A DNA stretch of 64,000 nucleotides from a virus. The DNA is taken from positions 5,102 to 69,101 of IMG/VR virus record IMGVR_UViG_3300020196_000026. One strand, 5' to 3'. The translations under genes and the position numbers were made by a program. Of the stretch, positions 25,942 through 37,100 are shown piece by piece (position 1 is the first letter of the stretch; every line of letters begins with the position of its first letter). The notes under the pieces are model-generated. The model ran no database searches and was not told the origin of the DNA. It saw nothing but the letters and a program-made list of their open reading frames with translations.

Positions 25942-26193
25942 ATGTCAGAACTAACCCTAAAGCCGGATGGATTCGAAGACGCTTTTATTGGAACAATGAA
26001 TCGCTGCGGTCAGCCGACTGTACTGATTTACGACTACGACAAAGCTGTAGAGCTGCTCATAACTCGAGATAAGATGTCCTACGAAGAAGCCGAAGAGTAC
26101 ATGGAGTTTAATGTTATTGGAGCCTGGGTAGGAGCTGGCACTCCCGGCTTTCTGCGAAGATGCACTTTAGAAGAGGCGGAAGATAAAGAATGA
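25942..26193 (+). CDS. Conserved aquatic-phage hypothetical protein
   Basis: DGFEDAFIG...YDYDK...EEAEEYMEFNVIGAWVG.GTP.F. Confidence 0.65.
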   Translation: MSELTLKPDGFEDAFIGTMNRCGQPTVLIYDYDKAVELLITRDKMSYEEAEEYMEFNVIGAWVGAGTPGFLRRCTLEEAEDKE

Positions 26194-26387
26194 ATGACCC
26201 AATTGTGGTAATTATTGTCTGTATTATTGGAGTTATAACACTAGGGGTTTCAGTGTGGCGTATCAATCAAAAGATTAAACAGCTAGAGTCTAGTATTTGT
26301 CGCATAAATAAAAATACTCAGAACATCTGGACCATATTACCCCATGTCAAGGATTTTAATGATAAAACATCAAAGGAGAAAGTGTGA
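26190..26387 (+). CDS. Small single-TM protein
   Basis: N-terminal hydrophobic helix; overlapping start/stop. Confidence 0.5.
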   Translation: MNDPIVVIIVCIIGVITLGVSVWRINQKIKQLESSICRINKNTQNIWTILPHVKDFNDKTSKEKV

Positions 26388-26638
26388 ATAATGATACAAC
26401 GTGCAAGGACGAGTCGTTTTTGGAGCTGCAAAATGAATGCACCAAACTGGCGCAGCGAAATACGATATTAGTGTGTGAGATTGAAACGTTGAGAGATGAA
26501 GTCAAAAAGATTATCACCGAGCGTAACGAGGCGCGGCGGAAAGTGTGCAAGCTTCTTGCAAGTGACGTACCTCCGCCCTCTGTTCATGAACGAGATCCAA
26601 TCGTACACGCCGCTGCTTTTGGGTGGGACTGTTTTTAA
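26384..26638 (+). CDS. Coiled-coil protein with ERNEARR motif
   Basis: ITERNEARRKVC...GWDCF. Confidence 0.6.
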   Translation: MNNDTTCKDESFLELQNECTKLAQRNTILVCEIETLRDEVKKIITERNEARRKVCKLLASDVPPPSVHERDPIVHAAAFGWDCF

Positions 26639-26658
26639 TAAAATAGAAGGAAACAATA

Positions 26659-26862
26659 ATGCATCATTTATCTACAACAGAGATAGTCCAAAAGTTACAA
26701 GAGTCTTGTGAAACTCATTCAGACTTAAAAGACTTACTGAAACTTGCAGCAGATAGATTGATTTGGCAAGAGGATCGCTACAGGTCGTTGTCTACTTTGG
26801 TGTGGGGTTCTTCAACATCCAAACCAATCTTCACTTTAAGGTCAGTGCATGCAAAAAGTTAA
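26659..26862 (+). CDS. Hypothetical protein
   Basis: AAGGA SD; helical AADRL motif. Confidence 0.5.
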   Translation: MHHLSTTEIVQKLQESCETHSDLKDLLKLAADRLIWQEDRYRSLSTLVWGSSTSKPIFTLRSVHAKS

Positions 26863-27319
26863 AATTCTGGCTCGTAATGTCAAGCCTTATTTTTATGCAC
26901 TTAAGTGCTATATAAATGAAGATCAGGACAAACCCATCTATAATCAAATAGTTGGAATAAAGTGGTGCCGCCTTGGAGACAATATATTGTGGTTTATGTT
27001 GCAAACCCATAACTTTTTTTCTGCTGCACCCGATGATGAGCTGGAGCTGGTGGAGGTTGATCCAGGAGAGGACCATTGCAATAAACCCCCTTTTGAATTA
27101 CCGCCACGACCAGAGTTGTCAGAGTCTATCTTTGAGAGAGCTATAGTTGCTAAAAAAGGTAACGATATAGAGCTCCTAAAAAAGACAATACAAGAGTTTG
27201 AGGAGCTGGTGATCAAAGAGCGACATGAGCTTGCACGAACAAATAAAAAACTTGTTGAGATGGGCATTCTATTGACGCAAATTTTGCATGGAAAGACAGA
27301 TGTCAAAATATCAACTTAA
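26849..27319 (+). CDS. Hypothetical protein
   Basis: 156-aa ORF with C-terminal coiled coil. Confidence 0.55.
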   Translation: MQKVKILARNVKPYFYALKCYINEDQDKPIYNQIVGIKWCRLGDNILWFMLQTHNFFSAAPDDELELVEVDPGEDHCNKPPFELPPRPELSESIFERAIVAKKGNDIELLKKTIQEFEELVIKERHELARTNKKLVEMGILLTQILHGKTDVKIST

Positions 27320-27342
27320 CAGTTGGACTTATTGGATAATCT

Positions 27343-27663
27343 ATGAAAAGCCTCAAGGCAAAGGCTGAGTGCAAGATGGATAATCCCATGGAAGTAGATC
27401 CTATTGCTAAGGTTCTAAAGCGCCTAGCAGACATGGAGGATAAGATTCACGGTGCGCCTTGGAAATCCAATATTTTTCGCAGAGCCTATGAGCACATAAT
27501 TGCACAAGAGAAACAATTGATTACTTTAAAGCTAAAAATAGAGGACCTAGAAGGGGAGAAGCAGGGGTTAAAGCGTTGTACCCTCTGTGGTCTTATACGT
27601 ACTCCGGTAAATTGCCACAATGACTGCTACGGTTGTTCAAAAGCGCAATATGGAGATTTATAA
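27343..27663 (+). CDS. Hypothetical protein with C-terminal Cys cluster
   Basis: CTLCG...CHNDCYGC. Confidence 0.5.
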   Translation: MKSLKAKAECKMDNPMEVDPIAKVLKRLADMEDKIHGAPWKSNIFRRAYEHIIAQEKQLITLKLKIEDLEGEKQGLKRCTLCGLIRTPVNCHNDCYGCSKAQYGDL

Positions 27664-27729
27664 AATGCCGTTGTATAAATAAGTAGTTAGAATCAAAACT
27701 AAAGAACTCTGTAAAAAGTTAGGCAGCCA

Positions 27730-28035
27730 ATGAAACCATTCTCTTCATTTTGGACATATCTAGGCGGTATACGCTGGAGATTTCGATTTGTTAGATCGAA
27801 TGAAATTCCCAACGATCGGTGGGCAGACTGCAGCGATCCATCCGATCCTAAAAGGCAAATTAGGATCCGGCAAGTGCTTAGGGGCAAAGCTAAGCTCGAG
27901 ACAATACTACACGAGGCTTTGCATGCTCAGTGGCCAGAAGATTCAGAAGAACGAATTACGCGCCACGGCAAAGAGTTATCGCAGATTCTGTGGCGCTGTG
28001 GCTACAGACAGATAGAAGATCACGACGGACACTAA
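27730..28035 (+). CDS. Small HExxH metallopeptidase-like protein
   Basis: LETILHEALHA...SEE. Confidence 0.65.
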   Translation: MKPFSSFWTYLGGIRWRFRFVRSNEIPNDRWADCSDPSDPKRQIRIRQVLRGKAKLETILHEALHAQWPEDSEERITRHGKELSQILWRCGYRQIEDHDGH

Positions 28036-28057
28036 ATCAACAATCACAATCACAATT

Positions 28058-28372
28058 ATGGAAAAACCTTCAAAAACTCAAACTCTCAAAGATTGCTCTG
28101 GAAGTTTAACAGAATATAACTCGTTGCTGGAAGCTATGGCTAAATTGGAGGAAGACACACGTGTTATTGTTTACGAACGAGATATGCTTACAAAGGTAGT
28201 CGATGTTTTGCAAGAAGAGCTCAAAATTTGCCGTGATGAAAAGTTAAGTGTTAAAAACAGTTTGAGTGATTTAGAGCAAAAATTTGAAAAAATGTGTCAA
28301 ATTATTGAAGATCTTTTTGCTGCTCAGCTTAAATTGAGCACTCAGCTTGACAGTAACCCAAATCCAGACTAA
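28058..28372 (+). CDS. Coiled-coil hypothetical protein
   Basis: Heptad-like L/E/K pattern. Confidence 0.55.
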   Translation: MEKPSKTQTLKDCSGSLTEYNSLLEAMAKLEEDTRVIVYERDMLTKVVDVLQEELKICRDEKLSVKNSLSDLEQKFEKMCQIIEDLFAAQLKLSTQLDSNPNPD

Positions 28373-28745
28373 TGTTCAATCTATGCAAGCAAATAACTTT
28401 GATTCAAAAGCTGTTTACGATCCCAGAGATCCACATATTTATCGGACGTTTTATGCCCAGATGCTTACACAAACTATTGCCGCTAAGCTACATGAGCAGT
28501 GGTGCGAGTGGGCAGCAAGTATGATTGACCAGGGCTATATCGTTTCGACAGAGGTAGAGAACTTGATGAAGCTGTTTGTGCCGTTTAATCAGCTTAATCC
28601 GGAAGATCAGTACAACCATATGGTGCGGGCTGACAAGATCGTATCTGAGTTCCTAAACTGGAAGCTCGTAGATCAGGCCCTCAAGCGAGGCGGTCCTAAG
28701 AAGGGAGATAACAAAGGTGGCGAAATCAAAAAGCAGCGCAGTTAA
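28347..28745 (+). CDS. Hypothetical protein
   Basis: AAKLHEQWCEW...VPFNQLNPEDQ, weakly like RyR-type repeats. Confidence 0.5.
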   Translation: MTVTQIQTNVQSMQANNFDSKAVYDPRDPHIYRTFYAQMLTQTIAAKLHEQWCEWAASMIDQGYIVSTEVENLMKLFVPFNQLNPEDQYNHMVRADKIVSEFLNWKLVDQALKRGGPKKGDNKGGEIKKQRS

Positions 28746-29064
28746 TTTCGATACGCCTTTAAAGCCATTTGGTGCTCAGCTTTATTTCTTTGAGGAGGAT
28801 ACAAACCTCACTCCTTACTTAAAGCTTGCTGAAGCCCCAGTATGCAAGGACGAAATCTACGGCCAAACAATGGAACAATTATTAGCCCAGTTGGCAGTCA
28901 TGAACCAGCTGCTAGGATCTATTGAACTATTGCGTACTACCGTATTTGATAAGAATGATAAGCCCATCTCCCCTAAGGACAAGCTTACTCTACAGAACGT
29001 CATTGAAACAGTAGGCATCCTAAAGGATGTTATTGTTGAAAAATTTGGATCGAGGGTCCGATGA
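28717..29064 (+). CDS. Hypothetical protein
   Basis: GTG start with upstream GGAG; translationally coupled. Confidence 0.5.
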   Translation: MAKSKSSAVNFDTPLKPFGAQLYFFEEDTNLTPYLKLAEAPVCKDEIYGQTMEQLLAQLAVMNQLLGSIELLRTTVFDKNDKPISPKDKLTLQNVIETVGILKDVIVEKFGSRVR

Positions 29065-29531
29065 CTGCGCTCTTTCGAGATATGGAATTAGACCCTATCT
29101 GTCGGGATCTTAAGATTCGTCGTTTTGTTGAACAAGCTTTACCGGCTTGCTTAGAAATACCTCGTACCAAAAAGCACGTTAGTCTGATTGTGCGTAAGGG
29201 CAGAGTTCTGGCTGTAGGCACAAATGCTTTTAAAGGGCATCCTATAGCTAGCAGAATAGGTTATCGTTTTGGAGAGCAGCATAGTGAATTAAACGCTTTT
29301 CTTAAATGCGCAAAAAAGAATAAACTTACTTTAATTAATGTGCGATTTAATAAAAATCAGCAAATGCGCATGGCTAGACCGTGTGCATTATGTTTACCTT
29401 GGTGCTCGGGTATTTTTGAGGAAATCTATTACACTTGTCCAGATAGCACTATACGCAAACTTGACAATAAAGTAATAGTTGGGCATAATCTTGGCATTGG
29501 TATTGAAATGCCAGTTAGTGTAGGCTCTTAG
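29061..29531 (+). CDS. Cytidine/deoxycytidylate deaminase-like Zn enzyme
   Basis: HSE...ARPCALC (HxE/PCxxC) motifs. Confidence 0.8.
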   Translation: MTALFRDMELDPICRDLKIRRFVEQALPACLEIPRTKKHVSLIVRKGRVLAVGTNAFKGHPIASRIGYRFGEQHSELNAFLKCAKKNKLTLINVRFNKNQQMRMARPCALCLPWCSGIFEEIYYTCPDSTIRKLDNKVIVGHNLGIGIEMPVSVGS

Positions 29532-29546
29532 TTGGAGCCTTTTTTT
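29522..29546 (+). terminator. Rho-independent terminator ending the early block
   Basis: aggctc-ttagttg-gagcct followed by a T tract. Confidence 0.75.
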
Positions 29547-29555
29547 AGATATCAG

Positions 29556-29584
29556 TTGTTGTCGTTCACACATTTTGGTATAAT
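29556..29584 (+). promoter_or_regulatory. Sigma70-like promoter with extended -10
   Basis: TTGTTG-17 nt-TATAAT, with TGn immediately before the -10. Confidence 0.55.
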
Positions 29585-29619
29585 CCGCCTTTCAAGATAA
29601 CTTTTAGGAGACTTAAATA

Positions 29620-30345
29620 ATGGGTTCATTTACCTCAGCCACAGCAACATTAATTATGAAGGCCTTGTTCCCTGGTGATGCTAGTATTCCAACCAACGGA
29701 AGCCTCGTCCCGATTACCGCAAGTTCTACACAAAACACCGCCTACAAAATTTACAATAGCAACGGCAGCGCAGGCCAAATTGGTATTTTTTGTAGCTCTA
29801 GTGCTAATGTATATCACGCTTGCCATCTCATCAAAGGCTCTAATGATGCATCTAGCAATCCGACTCCGAACGGCATGACCGATTCGAACTTTACAACGAA
29901 TACGGCGTTAGGCGGCATCAGTGGTAGCGCCGGCAACGCGGGCAACCTGAGTTGGCCGCAGGATCTCGCAAGCAACTATAAAGATTATAAGGGTAGGTCG
30001 ATGGTCGCAAGTTCGCCAACGCCCTCCGGAAATCACACTTGGATTGGCTGGGCGCTGAGCGAGACCGGAAATAAGGGGCAAGCGATATCTACAGGTCAAA
30101 TCGGTTTCCCTACGCTCGCCACGACCGCCGGCCCCACGGATATTTGGGGATTTTGCATTACCGCTCAGGGTACATCTGCTGGCGCTGACGTAGCTGCTCC
30201 CGTCAGTGGTAGTAATCTTGTTAGTGCAAACTCCTCTGGCGCGCCAATAATTGTTGCTTACGGCGATCTCTCCTCTGCTCGTCGGCTGACGGCTGGCGAT
30301 ACCCCAGTATTTGCCACCGGTGCAATCACTATTACCCTTGAATAA
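29620..30345 (+). CDS. Putative tail/baseplate structural protein
   Basis: G/S/T/N-rich; C-terminal YGDLSSARRLTAGDTPVFATGAITITLE typical of phage minor tail proteins; AGGAG SD. Confidence 0.6.
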   Translation: MGSFTSATATLIMKALFPGDASIPTNGSLVPITASSTQNTAYKIYNSNGSAGQIGIFCSSSANVYHACHLIKGSNDASSNPTPNGMTDSNFTTNTALGGISGSAGNAGNLSWPQDLASNYKDYKGRSMVASSPTPSGNHTWIGWALSETGNKGQAISTGQIGFPTLATTAGPTDIWGFCITAQGTSAGADVAAPVSGSNLVSANSSGAPIIVAYGDLSSARRLTAGDTPVFATGAITITLE

Positions 30346-30351
30346 AGCCTA

Positions 30352-30759
30352 ATGCCAATAGATCCCGCTAAGCTTCTTGAGTTGCTTACAGCACTTGCTG
30401 CGGGAGGAATTGTAACAGTAATAGTCAAAGCTTTAGTGAATAGAAATAAGAATAAAGCTGAGGCTAAAAGGATTTCTGTGGAAGGCGAAGTGGCTATAGT
30501 TGAAGTTGCTATGAAGATGGCGGATAAGTTACAAAACTCTCTTAGGAATCTTGAAGAAAAAACTGAAGATCTTGCTCGTAAAAATTTAAAACTAGAACAA
30601 GAACTATCTGAACTTCGTATTTCAAACATTAATTTATTACGTGAAGTTGAGGCCCTTAAAAGACAGAATGATGATCTCGAGCGAACGTGTAGTGTGTTAA
30701 TTAAAGAAAATACTAACTTAAAGATTGAATTAGAAAACTGCATTAAAAAGGAAATATAA
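30352..30759 (+). CDS. N-terminal TM plus coiled-coil protein (holin/lysis-associated candidate)
   Basis: LLTALAAGGIVTVIV followed by heptads. Confidence 0.55.
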   Translation: MPIDPAKLLELLTALAAGGIVTVIVKALVNRNKNKAEAKRISVEGEVAIVEVAMKMADKLQNSLRNLEEKTEDLARKNLKLEQELSELRISNINLLREVEALKRQNDDLERTCSVLIKENTNLKIELENCIKKEI

Positions 30760-30761
30760 AT

Positions 30762-30890
30762 ATGGAAGTAATCTTTTCATCAGCACTTGGTACGGTTTTT
30801 TACACTGTCGCTGTTTTTGTAGCCGGTGCCCTTATTGGCAAGCCGCTTTGGGACTGGATTTCAGCTAAGTTGCCCTGGAATAAGAAGTAA
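30762..30890 (+). CDS. 42-aa membrane peptide (not in the ORF track)
   Basis: MEVIFSSALGTVFYTVAVFVAGALIGKPLWDWISAKLPWNKK*. Confidence 0.6.
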   Translation: MEVIFSSALGTVFYTVAVFVAGALIGKPLWDWISAKLPWNKK

Positions 30891-30918
30891 CTAGAGAGTT
30901 CAGTAAATTCTAGCTATA

Positions 30919-30952
30919 ATAGGGCCGTCTATTGGACGGCCCTATACTTTTT
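30919..30952 (+). terminator. Hairpin with T tract directly after a TATAAT
   Basis: atagggccgtc-tattg-gacggccctat followed by acttttt. Confidence 0.65.
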
Positions 30953-30965
30953 AGAAGATCCACAT

Positions 30966-31166
30966 ATGGCAAAGAAAAAGAGAAACAATATGTCAGAAAA
31001 CGAAATACCCGAAGAGCAAGTTGATACTGCTACACCGGAGGCTTCTGCAGTAGTAGAACCTGAGCCCACGCCAGAGCCAGAAGTTCAATCTGAACCTGCT
31101 GTTACAGAGCCTGCGCCTGTAGTCGTTAATAAGAACGCTGGTAAAATTATTCCAACTGTTTTTTAA
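30966..31166 (+). CDS. Small acidic Pro/Glu-rich protein
   Basis: EPEPTPEPE low-complexity segment. Confidence 0.5.
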   Translation: MAKKKRNNMSENEIPEEQVDTATPEASAVVEPEPTPEPEVQSEPAVTEPAPVVVNKNAGKIIPTVF

Positions 31167-31177
31167 GGTAGGTTTAA

Positions 31178-34100
31178 ATGCCTACGATTTATCTAGGCGT
31201 TAACCAAAGCTTTTCAGCCTCTGGTATAACAGCCCAAGGCTCTATTGATTCTACCTCAGGGTCGACGCTAGGCACTATTTTGCCATGCCCCGGGGTGTTT
31301 CCTTGTACTATACGTGCAAAGTCAACAGTAAAAGGATCTAGCACAGCTGTGGTCGAAGCTGTTTATTCTGGGCCAAATCATATAGTATTAAAAGAAACAT
31401 TACATGATTATATACCTGCATCTGGAGCTAGAATTCGAATTGAGAACAAGGGTATAGGTGTTAAGGTAGTCGGAGGGACCTATATAGAGAGTTTAAACTT
31501 CACTCTTACTCCTGTATTAAAACCTTACACTTATGAACCATATCGAAGCATTTCCCTCAACGGCTTGCCTGCGGAATTATTTGCTGGCACTCCTCCAACC
31601 GGGGCAGTTACCCTTAACGGAAACCCAAATAATCCAGATGATCCGCTTAACGTTTTTTCTAACTTTAATGGCTTTCAATATACTTTTGCTGAGGGTCAAT
31701 TAAGCGAAGCTTGCAATATTCTTTGGACCGGAGGAACTACAGGGAATCCACCATTAGCTATAAACGTTTCTGGACTTTGGACAAACGACCGCGCTCAATA
31801 TGTACTGGATTCAGGTGATACCCTATTACCTTATTACACTCCAGTAAATATTAAATATCCTCTCTTTACTGCAGGGGAAAGTCCAGAACTTTGGATTATA
31901 GACTACGATCCTGGAGGTGAGTCGTATTATGATCCTGAGGCAAATAATAGATCCGCCTCTAATCTTATTGCTGTTAATAATGCTCCAGATTTTAACTGTT
32001 TTGATTCTACTACTAAACGTTTAAAAGCATCTACTTTTGGTACTCAAAGTCATCCTAACTTTATTAAATCTCTGTGTGCTTTACGAACGGAAGAGTCTTC
32101 TTATGCAGGATTTTCATATTTAGGAATCAAATCAAATTTAAGTTTGTTTTTAGGGGCTTTTGCAAATATCGGAGTTCCTATAGATTCGGATTGGCCTATA
32201 AAGTTTTTTCAATTTTATGACTACGCTGCGGGTGGTACATCCCCAAAAAATATAGCTCCAACAAAGCCATCAATAGGCATTAATACAAATATAGTTAGTG
32301 TATACGCTAACATTGGAATCCCACAAACACTTAATGCCTTATGGGAAAAATCTAGTCCTACTGGTTTAAGACATAGTCGTTACAGCGACATTAAAGCTAC
32401 GCAATACGGCTATGTATTGCTTAACGAAGACACTAAACATTTAGAGTTTATGTTTACCGCACATGTAGATCCTTGGATGGAATCTGCTGAAGCACAAGTA
32501 ATAAATAAACTTATGCGTGCACCTCCAAGAAGTGCGGATCACCTTCCTGCTCTTAATATGATGCTAGGCTGTGATCCTCGTACTGGAACAGCGGGCGAAT
32601 CTTTATATAAGGTTAATGATGTAACTATACGTGGGTGGCTTGATACAGATCAGATTATACACGGCGGTGGAGGGCACGTCATTGCTCTTGGTACATACAA
32701 TGGCGCCATAGTCAACAACGGCAAAGTTACAGTTTGGGGCAGCAATAGATGGGGCCAACTAGTTCTTCCAGAGCCGATGCGGAGTACTTCATTTACAATT
32801 ACAGACGTAGCAGTATCCAATGCTCCTCCGGTTTTAACAAATTCAAATGACTCTAATTTTTATTACACTGTTTATTCAGAAGAAGCTGCAGAAAAAGCTG
32901 CTAGAAGTTTTATCTACGGCCTATCTGGCAACGAAAATAATGTTTTTAAATTTAGTTATCCTGAGAGCTTTGATTATAGATACGGAGGGCACATCAACTA
33001 CGAGAATCTTCCAGGGCACGTTGTAGTTGTTACTTCGACTGGCCGTGTTTATGCTTGGGGAAACAACAAGTATTATCAGTGCGAAGTTCCAGATGATATT
33101 AGCCTTGTTGACTCAGCTGGGAATATTAATACTACACAACTATTAGATCCCATTATAGAGGTATCTGCAGGCGCTTATCACACGGTAGCTCGCTCAAAGA
33201 CCGGCGTTATTTATGTGTGGGGGGCAGGAGGTCCTTGGGCGTCGCAGAATGATACGGCTATTATCGATGGCCGAGTTAGTATATCTAATCATAATGTACG
33301 TCCAAATACTGGAACTCTAGCTTTTAATGCAACAAATACGACAGTACACTTTGGCCAAAGTATGTTGAAATTGGGCAGCGCTAGCGAAACTACACAGGGA
33401 TATGTAGGTTTAGCTACTCCAAGTGCAGCACCCATAGGACTCAGTAGCTACGCGAGTGACACTCATGCCACTTCATTGACTCCAAATTATACCGCTGTTT
33501 TTACAATAACAAAAAGTATAAAAGGAACACCCGTCGATATCGGGCAAAAAACTAATGCTGGATTTGCCCCTGTAGTCACGGATGACGCTGGTGGGGAAAA
33601 TTCGTCAAGAAGAATGAAGGGTATGATTGCAGCGGGGGCCTTTCATACTGCAATAATAGACAACCAGCTTAAGATACAGTGTGTAGGGGCGGGGCGCGGC
33701 CCCACCACCCAGCAAATGGCCCACCCCAATTCTAGTTATAGTTTCAATAATTCTACAATACCGCAGTGGGGTAGTAGCTACACTGATGGCGATGGCGGTG
33801 AATCAAGATTCTCCACTTATCCACACTATTGCCAAAGTCTTAGTCAATATAGAATTCCCGCCCCTAACGCCGACAACACCACTACAAGTGCTGGTTTATT
33901 CAGGTATTCTGCCTTTGGCCAGAACAATCAGATACAAAGTAAATCCAAATACTTTCAAGATCTTCTATTTAAAAAAGTTATTTGTGGTCCATTTAGTACA
34001 CATGGAATAATTTACTCTGCTTCTAAAATACCTCCCAGCGGCGGCACTGAAGTTTTTACAGCTAAGGACAAGGTTTGGCTTCACGGCCGTGTTGTATCCT

Positions 34101-37100
34101 GGGGTTGTGCATTTAGCTTTAGATCGTTCCAAACGAATGGAACTAGTTCTACTGGAATTCTAGGTCCTAGGTACACCGCTAACGATAACACTGATCCCGC
34201 CACTTATAACGCCCAGCCCTCTAATAATCCTGCAGGTACTTTATCTGGGCTGGGATCCGTTCTTAGAATAGGAAACTCCGCGGGTAATGACGTAGACAGA
34301 ATGTTCGAAATTATAAATCGAGTACCTAACAGCACCGGCCAACCTGGAATATATCCGCTGGCCCCAGGCGCCGGCAACAACCATTTAGTTTTAGTTGGAG
34401 TGCCTTCTCCCAATTCAGAGGCAGTCTCTAATCCATCTGTTGGCGTTGTAAGCAATAATGCTAATGAAAGCCAACCTGCATACAATACTGACTGCCCAGT
34501 AACTATCAGTCGATTTAAAGTTAAGGATGTGGCAGTCTGCGGTGAATTTGCGACATACATTGGCTTTTATGATAAATTTACAAGAAGCTCGCTAAAGCTA
34601 GGTGCATCTGATAATGATTTAGTGTCAAGTGGTGCCACCTTTGATTATCAGGCATCAGTATTTTTTACTGGCAATGATCCGTATAGAGATTCAAACATCT
34701 TTTCTATTGCTGAGTCTGCCTATAGAGGTAGATTTAATGCTATAAACCCCTATGTAGGAAATAATGTTGCTAGAAGAAATAGAAAGAGAAATGAGACAGG
34801 TATATATTATTGGTTAGGAGATACCGGTCTTCCAATGAAGACCAGATCTTTTCACTTTGGGCCAGTTAAATATACAGATACAGGAACTGGAACTCCTCTT
34901 GGTGTAACTAATAGTATTAGTTTAAAGTATGTGCTTCCAACAACGGCTCTTGCTAGTGCTAATCTAGCGGTAGTCATAGTAAATATGGATAATAGGCCGG
35001 TTTCTTGGTTGGGATATATTTATTCGCCGACTTACCGAGCGCCGTTAGATTTATCCTTATTGCCCAGCATTCCAATACAGAGTTTTAAGACCGGTAAAGC
35101 GCATATATTGGCAGTATCCGCAGGCGATTGGCCTGTGGCTACATCTCTCAGGGAGCGTAAGGCAGTTCCAAAGCTAGCAAGCGAACTAAGTACCAGATTA
35201 TTTCAGTCAGTGACAGGTAATGGAATTGCTACAAAGCTTATTGCCGATGAGTCAAATTTTCGTTATTATCGTCCTGTATTACTTGCATGGGGTGCAGGTG
35301 ATGGCCGTGAATTTGGTTCAACTTTACTATCTTTGGCATCTCCATCCAACGCCTCTGCAAGTGGTATATTTGGTCCAGGATCAGGAGTTGATAGCGTATT
35401 TGGTTTAGGGTTCCTAGATACTCATGCTGTATCACGCTATGACGCAACATATACTACTGGTACAGTTCAAGGCCTTGCTGTCAATGCTGATGCTTGGGAA
35501 AACTATTACGGACATTATCGTTGGAATGTAAACAGTAGATCCGACGGGTTATATGACCGTCCGGAGCTTCCTGGTATTTCTTTAGGAAGCGCTTCTGGTA
35601 GTGCTTATTCCGCTATGTTTGGTCCTCCAGGACATCATGCAGTAGAAGCGTTACAGTCACTACTCGGATTCCAACACCATCTATACCCAAGTACCTTTAC
35701 CAATCCGGCGCTTGGTGCAAGAGGATTGCTTAACGGAGCTAATAAGTCTGCTATTCCTGCAGCAGCCTTTATGCCGTTTATCACATCTTCTAGTCAAACA
35801 GGCAACAAAGCAAGATGCTGTATTACAGCTGCGGAAGAGTCTCCTAGCTTTGAGTCCTTAAACTCTTTGCAAGAGTATCATTCTCCTCTTGGCTATACGC
35901 AGCAGACATATACGGACTTTGTCGTTGATTACGCAGCAGGATCTATGCACAGTGCTGTGCTCTTCCGATCAAGCTGCGCTAGTTGGACTCAAATCAACTC
36001 AAATGCCCACCTAGCCAACATGAATGCGTTTTCAACGCACTTCATGACAGACGTCAACGGATCTATATCGTTTGGCCAAAGAAAAGTTTGTAAACTTGGA
36101 ATCGTAGGCTATGGCTGCGAAGGGCAGACCGCAGGCTCTGCAAGAATACTGCAGGATGGTTCTGTAGCTCCCCTGGTGCCTAGATTGTTTGGCACTGACG
36201 CTAAAGTCTACTGCGGTGATTCCTACACTCTGGTCACTAACCCAATTAGAATCGTAGAGGCGTCAAGTGGAAGCGTAGCTCTTACAGGCTTTAACTCTGG
36301 CTCAGGATTTACCTCAAAGACTATTCCTATTTCTATCCCTAGCTCTGCCTATTCTAAGAGAATTCGAGGTCTAGATGTAAAGATACAGGTAGTGGCTTCT
36401 ACCGGCACAGTGAATTTACCTATGTCCTCTTGGGACATAACGATTCCCTATAAGCAAAATGAGTGGGTGGTCTTTAAGCGTCTAAAAGCAAATCTTGATA
36501 CTACTCCAGCGGACGCCTTTATTCAGGCCTCAACAATTGCAGCCACTTTTAGGATTTCCGATAGATTCTCTGCGGCTTCTGCCTATGCCTATAACGGAAC
36601 GTACGAAGCCTACACTGAGCGGGGCCTCGATCCAAACAATAGCTCATCCTATACAGGTACATCTCCTTATTTTTTAAAGCCCATAAGCACAAGTGCAGCT
36701 GTACCTGCTCTAGATAAGTCTGGATGCTACTATCCTGTAGCCGTAGACCCCTCAACATTCGCAGTAACAAATCAGACTTGGAGTGTCAACGGTACTACTC
36801 CGGCCGCCACGGTTCTTCCGTTTAATGAGCCGACAATCAATGTTATTATCAAGGATTACACCTCAACGTTAAATTATGCCGACTGCTCTATAAACATTAC
36901 CTTAGAGATTGAGGTAGATGCAGAGGAGTTGCCTTATATTTTATATGGTCCAGACAAAGCTGGAGTATGGAACGAACTGCCCGGAGTAAGCCCGTCTTTT
37001 GGTGCAGATATAAGTTCATTTAATCCAAACGACGATGTGAGCTCAGGTTCCTCAACTAAAAGTCGATGGATTAGAAACTGTCCTTGCGAAATAGACAATC

